Source: Candidatus Multivorans sp.
GTDB lineage: Bacteria; Acidobacteriota; Thermoanaerobaculia; Multivoradales; Multivoraceae
Length of the DNA stretch: 64,000 nt
NCBI GenBank assembly: GCA_965262355.1
Contig: OZ253534.1
Location: 3,343,468-3,407,467 of the forward strand
Direction: 5' to 3'
Positions within the stretch are counted from its first letter, which is position 1. Each line of letters starts with the position of its first letter. A program made the translations under genes and the position numbers. The notes beneath the pieces are model-generated. The model did no database searches, was not told the DNA's origin, and saw only the letters and a list, made by a program, of their open reading frames with translations. Positions 60,428 through 64,000 of the stretch are shown here, one piece after another.

Positions 60428-61660
60428 GTGGCGAGGCGAATGCAGCACTACATCGAGCGATCACTGGAACCGGTCTTGCGGCGGGCGGCCTCCGACTTCC
60501 CGGCGGTGATGCTGACCGGTCCACGGCAGGCCGGCAAGACGACGTTGCTCCAGCGGGTGTTCGGCGCCAGCCACGGCTACGTCTCTCTGGATCTCCCCGA
60601 TGTGCGGGCGGCAGCTCTCGAAGACCCGCGGGGCTTCCTCGAGATGAACGAGCCGCCCGTGATCTTCGACGAAGTGCAGCACGCTCCGAACCTGTTGCCC
60701 TACATCCGGGAGCGGATCGACGCGAATCGCGACGCGCGTGGTCAGTACCTGTTGACTGGATCCCAGAATCTCATGCTGGCCGAGAAGGTGACGGAGTCGC
60801 TCGCGGGCCGCACGGCGGTTCTCCGGCTGTTTCCTCTCTCCAGGCGTGAGTCCGAAGGCCGGCCGGAGCTTGCCCTGCCTTGGGAGGGTGGCTCTGCGAG
60901 AAGGCCAGCGCCGCGGGACGCCTACGGTGACCTTTGGCGCGCGTTTCTTCGGGGAGGCTATCCGGAACTCGCGGCGGACCCCGACCGGGATCCGTTCCTG
61001 TGGCATGCGAGCTACCTTCAGACCTATCTCGAACGGGACATCCGGACCGTCCGCAATGTGGGGGACCTGAACCAGTACCAGAGCTTCCTTCGGGTGTTGG
61101 CGGCACGGAGCGCCCAGTTGCTGAACCTGACCGATGTTGCCAGGGACCTCGGAGTTGCCGTCAACACGGCCAAGGCGTGGCTGTCGATGCTCGAAGCGAC
61201 GTATCAGGTGATCGTGCTTCGTCCGTACTTCGCGAATGTCGGCAAGCGGCTCGTCAAGACGCCAAAGGTGTACTTCACCGATGTCGGCACTCTGTGCCAC
61301 CTGGTCGGGTTGAAAGACCCGGAACACGCGGCCTCCGGGCCAATGAGCGGCCCGATCATGGAGACTGCGGTCCTCTGCGAGATCGTCAAGACCTTCACTC
61401 ACAGGGGAGAGCCGCCACGGGTCTACTTCTGGCGAACGAGGGCCGGGACCGAGGTCGACTTCGTGATCGAGGCAGGCGAGAGTCTCGTGCCCGTCGAGGT
61501 GAAGGTCTCAGCGACGCCGCGACCAGCGATGGCCAAGGCGATCAGGATGTTGCAAAGGGAGCTCGGAGCGACCGCTACTCCCGGGTACGTCGTTCATCCG
61601 GGCGACGTGGCCTTGCCGCTGGGCCAGGGAGCAAGGGCTCTGCCATTCGGTGAGTTGTAG
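60428..61660 (+). CDS. AAA_14 + DUF4143 ATP-binding protein
   Basis: GPRQAGKT, DEVQ, LTGS, GGYP, YLERD, KTPKVYFTDVG, EVDF, EVK. Confidence 0.92.
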   Translation: MARRMQHYIERSLEPVLRRAASDFPAVMLTGPRQAGKTTLLQRVFGASHGYVSLDLPDVRAAALEDPRGFLEMNEPPVIFDEVQHAPNLLPYIRERIDANRDARGQYLLTGSQNLMLAEKVTESLAGRTAVLRLFPLSRRESEGRPELALPWEGGSARRPAPRDAYGDLWRAFLRGGYPELAADPDRDPFLWHASYLQTYLERDIRTVRNVGDLNQYQSFLRVLAARSAQLLNLTDVARDLGVAVNTAKAWLSMLEATYQVIVLRPYFANVGKRLVKTPKVYFTDVGTLCHLVGLKDPEHAASGPMSGPIMETAVLCEIVKTFTHRGEPPRVYFWRTRAGTEVDFVIEAGESLVPVEVKVSATPRPAMAKAIRMLQRELGATATPGYVVHPGDVALPLGQGARALPFGEL

Positions 61661-61682
61661 TTCCGTTGGCTATCGGCCGGAC

Positions 61683-63215
61683 TCAGGGGCCGGCCCGGCG
61701 AACCGGCATGCCGGGCCGGTTACCCGTGGTCTCGCCGCCGTCGAACACCAGTTGCCCGTTGACCCAGACCTTCTCGATCCCCAGGGAAGGCACATGCGGG
61801 TCCTCGTAGGTCGATTGCTCCTTGACCGCGTCGGGGTCGAACAGCACCAGATCGGCGTAGTGACCCTCCTGGATCGAGCCGCGTTCGGTGATGCTCATGT
61901 GTTGGGCGGAGAGCGAGGTCATCTTCCGGACACCCTCCTCAAGGCTGACGACGTTGCGGTCACGAATGTAGTGCCCGAGAAACCGGGTGAAGGCGCCGAA
62001 TCCGCGTGGGTGGGAACCTGCAAGCCCGCCGTCGCTGCCGACGACGGTATGGGCCCAGGCCATGATGGACTCGATGTCGGGCTCGTCCATGGCGAAACCC
62101 AACATGGGGGATTCTCCGCCCATGTCGGTGTCGGCCTTCAGCAGCTCCATCAGGGTCGTCTCCGGGTCGGAACCACGGAGTTCGGCGATCTCGGCGAGCG
62201 TCAGGCCGTTGTAGGCCGGCTCGGGCAGATAGTCGGGAAGGAGGACGTCCTCGGGCGAAAGCAGGTCGCGGAGGATGTACTCCGCTCCGTCCCGCCGATC
62301 GAGATCACGGTCCGGGAAGACGGTCGTGAGCCACGTGAAGGACGTGGCCCAGGCCCGGTAGGGGTAGATATCCGCCGTGATCTCGACGCCTGACGCCCGG
62401 GCTTCATCCAGTTGGGTCGTGAGACGCTCGGCCTGCCCCCACCAGCGGTTCATGGCGAGCTTGATGTGGGTCACCTGCACCGGTAGCTGAGCTTCGCGGC
62501 CGATCTCGATGATCTCTTCGATGGCTTCCCAGAAGTAGCGATCCTCGCTGCGGATGTGGCTGATGTAGCGGCCTCCGTGAGCCGCCGCCACACGGGCGAG
62601 TTCCACGCCCTCTTTGGTGGTCGAGAAGGACCCGGGGTCGTATTCCAGCCCGGACGAAGGCCCGAGGGCACCGGCCTCCAGCTCGGCCCGCAGCAGATCC
62701 GCCATATCGGCGACCTCTTCCGGTGTCGCATGGCGCTCGTAGTCCTCGCCCATGACCTGGGCACGCAGCGTCCCGTGACCGGCGTAGGACGCGACGTGGA
62801 CGGCGACGGGCGAGGTCTCGATTTCGGCGAAGAACTCCGCCAGAGGGTACTGCTGGCTTCCGTCCTGCCCGGCCACGATGGTGGTGATGCCCTGGTTGAC
62901 GGCCGCCAGCGCTTCAGGCAGCTCGAACAGCTTGTAGTCGTGGTGACTGTGGTCGTCGATGAGCCCGGGCGCCAGCACCAGGCCGTCGGCATCGACGGCG
63001 GTCTCGTCCGCAGAGGGTTCGAAGTCGCCGACGGTGGCGATGCGGTCCCCGACGACGCGTACGTTGACGTTTCGTGAGGGTTGGCCAGTGCCGTCGATGA
63101 CGCGTGCATTGACGATGACGACGGGGGCGGGCTCCGGGGGGCCGGGGGCGCAGGCCGCGAGAGCGAGCCCAACGCTGGCCACTAGCGTCAAACACTGGGT
63201 GCGCCGGCCTGCCAT
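61683..63215 (-). CDS. N-acyl-D-amino-acid deacylase (amidohydrolase), lipoprotein
   Basis: Lipobox LAAC; APGLIDDHSH, SHIRSE, HIK, GSDG, HPRGFG, ADLVLFD. Confidence 0.9.
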   Translation of the reverse strand: MAGRRTQCLTLVASVGLALAACAPGPPEPAPVVIVNARVIDGTGQPSRNVNVRVVGDRIATVGDFEPSADETAVDADGLVLAPGLIDDHSHHDYKLFELPEALAAVNQGITTIVAGQDGSQQYPLAEFFAEIETSPVAVHVASYAGHGTLRAQVMGEDYERHATPEEVADMADLLRAELEAGALGPSSGLEYDPGSFSTTKEGVELARVAAAHGGRYISHIRSEDRYFWEAIEEIIEIGREAQLPVQVTHIKLAMNRWWGQAERLTTQLDEARASGVEITADIYPYRAWATSFTWLTTVFPDRDLDRRDGAEYILRDLLSPEDVLLPDYLPEPAYNGLTLAEIAELRGSDPETTLMELLKADTDMGGESPMLGFAMDEPDIESIMAWAHTVVGSDGGLAGSHPRGFGAFTRFLGHYIRDRNVVSLEEGVRKMTSLSAQHMSITERGSIQEGHYADLVLFDPDAVKEQSTYEDPHVPSLGIEKVWVNGQLVFDGGETTGNRPGMPVRRAGP

Positions 63216-63281
63216 CTGTGCGCCCGATGACGGGCGCACAGAGTGGTTCGCGGGTGGCGCGGGATCGCGCCACCCGGGTTC
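63194..63281 (-). ncRNA. Candidate structured leader element, copy B
   Basis: Paralog of 43733-43820; contains the likely ATG (63215) of the deacylase. Confidence 0.5.
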
Positions 63282-63340
63282 TGGCCGGCTCTGGGAGGAA
63301 CGCGCGAGGCGGCAGGACTCGCTCCGCTGTGCTCTCCTCA

Positions 63341-64000
63341 TCATCCGCGATCTCCAGAAGACAGGGTCCGCACATCCAGCGCTGGCTGCTTCTCGAACAC
63401 GAGGCCCCGCTCCGAGCCCGAGCTCAGACTGAACCCGGTGATTGCGCCGGATGGGTTGCGCTTGAACTCCAGCCGGGCTGGCGACGCCGCCCAGCCCCGG
63501 CTCTCGAACGTGACCTCGAACTTGTCCTCGGTGACCGGGGTGACCTGAAGCGCCGGCTGTTGCTCGATACGCGCGGTCAGACTGCCGCCCTTCACTGCAA
63601 ACCGGTAGGTGGCGTCCAGCTCGGCGGAGAAGAAGCTGCCGGCGAACTCGGCCAGCTCGACGGACGACAGGGATGGCGGCGGGGATCGCGCCTCGGCATC
63701 CTCCTGGTCGTCATCGGATTCCTCTTCCTCATCGTTGCTTTCGGGTCCAAGCTGATCGGCCAGGTAGTGGTCCGCAACCCGCCGTCCCAGGTCGCCGGAC
63801 TCGGCGAACTCGGCGTTGCAGGCGATGGCGATCGACAGGCCGGATGCCGTGAACCGCCTGAGCTCCGTGCGGAACCCCCAGGAGTGGCCGCTGTGCCCCA
63901 CGGTACGGAGGCCGCGATACTCACCGGGAGTGATGCCGTGGGCATAGTCGATCGGGTCGCCGTTGTTCAGCGTTCCCTCGGTCAGCATCGACCCATGGAT
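63341..64000 (-). CDS. Serine hydrolase (beta-lactamase family), C-terminal part; 5' end outside window
   Basis: YAHG...YRGLRTVGHSG...GFR...IAIACN, then a C-terminal FAGSFFSAELD domain. Confidence 0.78.
   Translation of the reverse strand: MHGSMLTEGTLNNGDPIDYAHGITPGEYRGLRTVGHSGHSWGFRTELRRFTASGLSIAIACNAEFAESGDLGRRVADHYLADQLGPESNDEEEESDDDQEDAEARSPPPSLSSVELAEFAGSFFSAELDATYRFAVKGGSLTARIEQQPALQVTPVTEDKFEVTFESRGWAASPARLEFKRNPSGAITGFSLSSGSERGLVFEKQPALDVRTLSSGDRG

Overview
GC-rich bacterial chromosome window. The gene content (many PQQ proteins, DUF3604 and FG-GAP lipoproteins, sulfatase, many toxin-antitoxin pairs) suggests an Acidobacteria-like organism, which is inference only. Left to right it contains: a minus-strand glycosyltransferase operon; serS and tRNA-Ser(UGA); a PP2C phosphatase, DUF3604 and an esterase; an IetAS-type AAA-ATPase + S8 protease module whose protease is split by a complete IS630 (removing the IS restores the frame); PQQ dehydrogenases and SoxCD-like genes; a translationally coupled operon of DUF3604, an FG-GAP lipoprotein and three tandem QueG/RdhA-like cobalamin/Fe-S proteins, divergent from a 2-hydroxyacid dehydrogenase + 4-subunit 2-oxoacid:ferredoxin oxidoreductase + sulfatase operon; further catabolic genes; two type II TA pairs; an ABC-ATPase + DUF4276 pair; iorAB-like genes and katG; a HEPN remnant; a DUF4143 ATPase; a D-aminoacylase and a partial serine hydrolase. 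Two non-coding signals stand out. One is a REP-like palindrome family that has entered coding sequences in frame, including a 27-bp tandem array. The other is an 88-nt two-hairpin element present twice with compensatory base changes. All family assignments come from motif recognition by eye; no searches were run.
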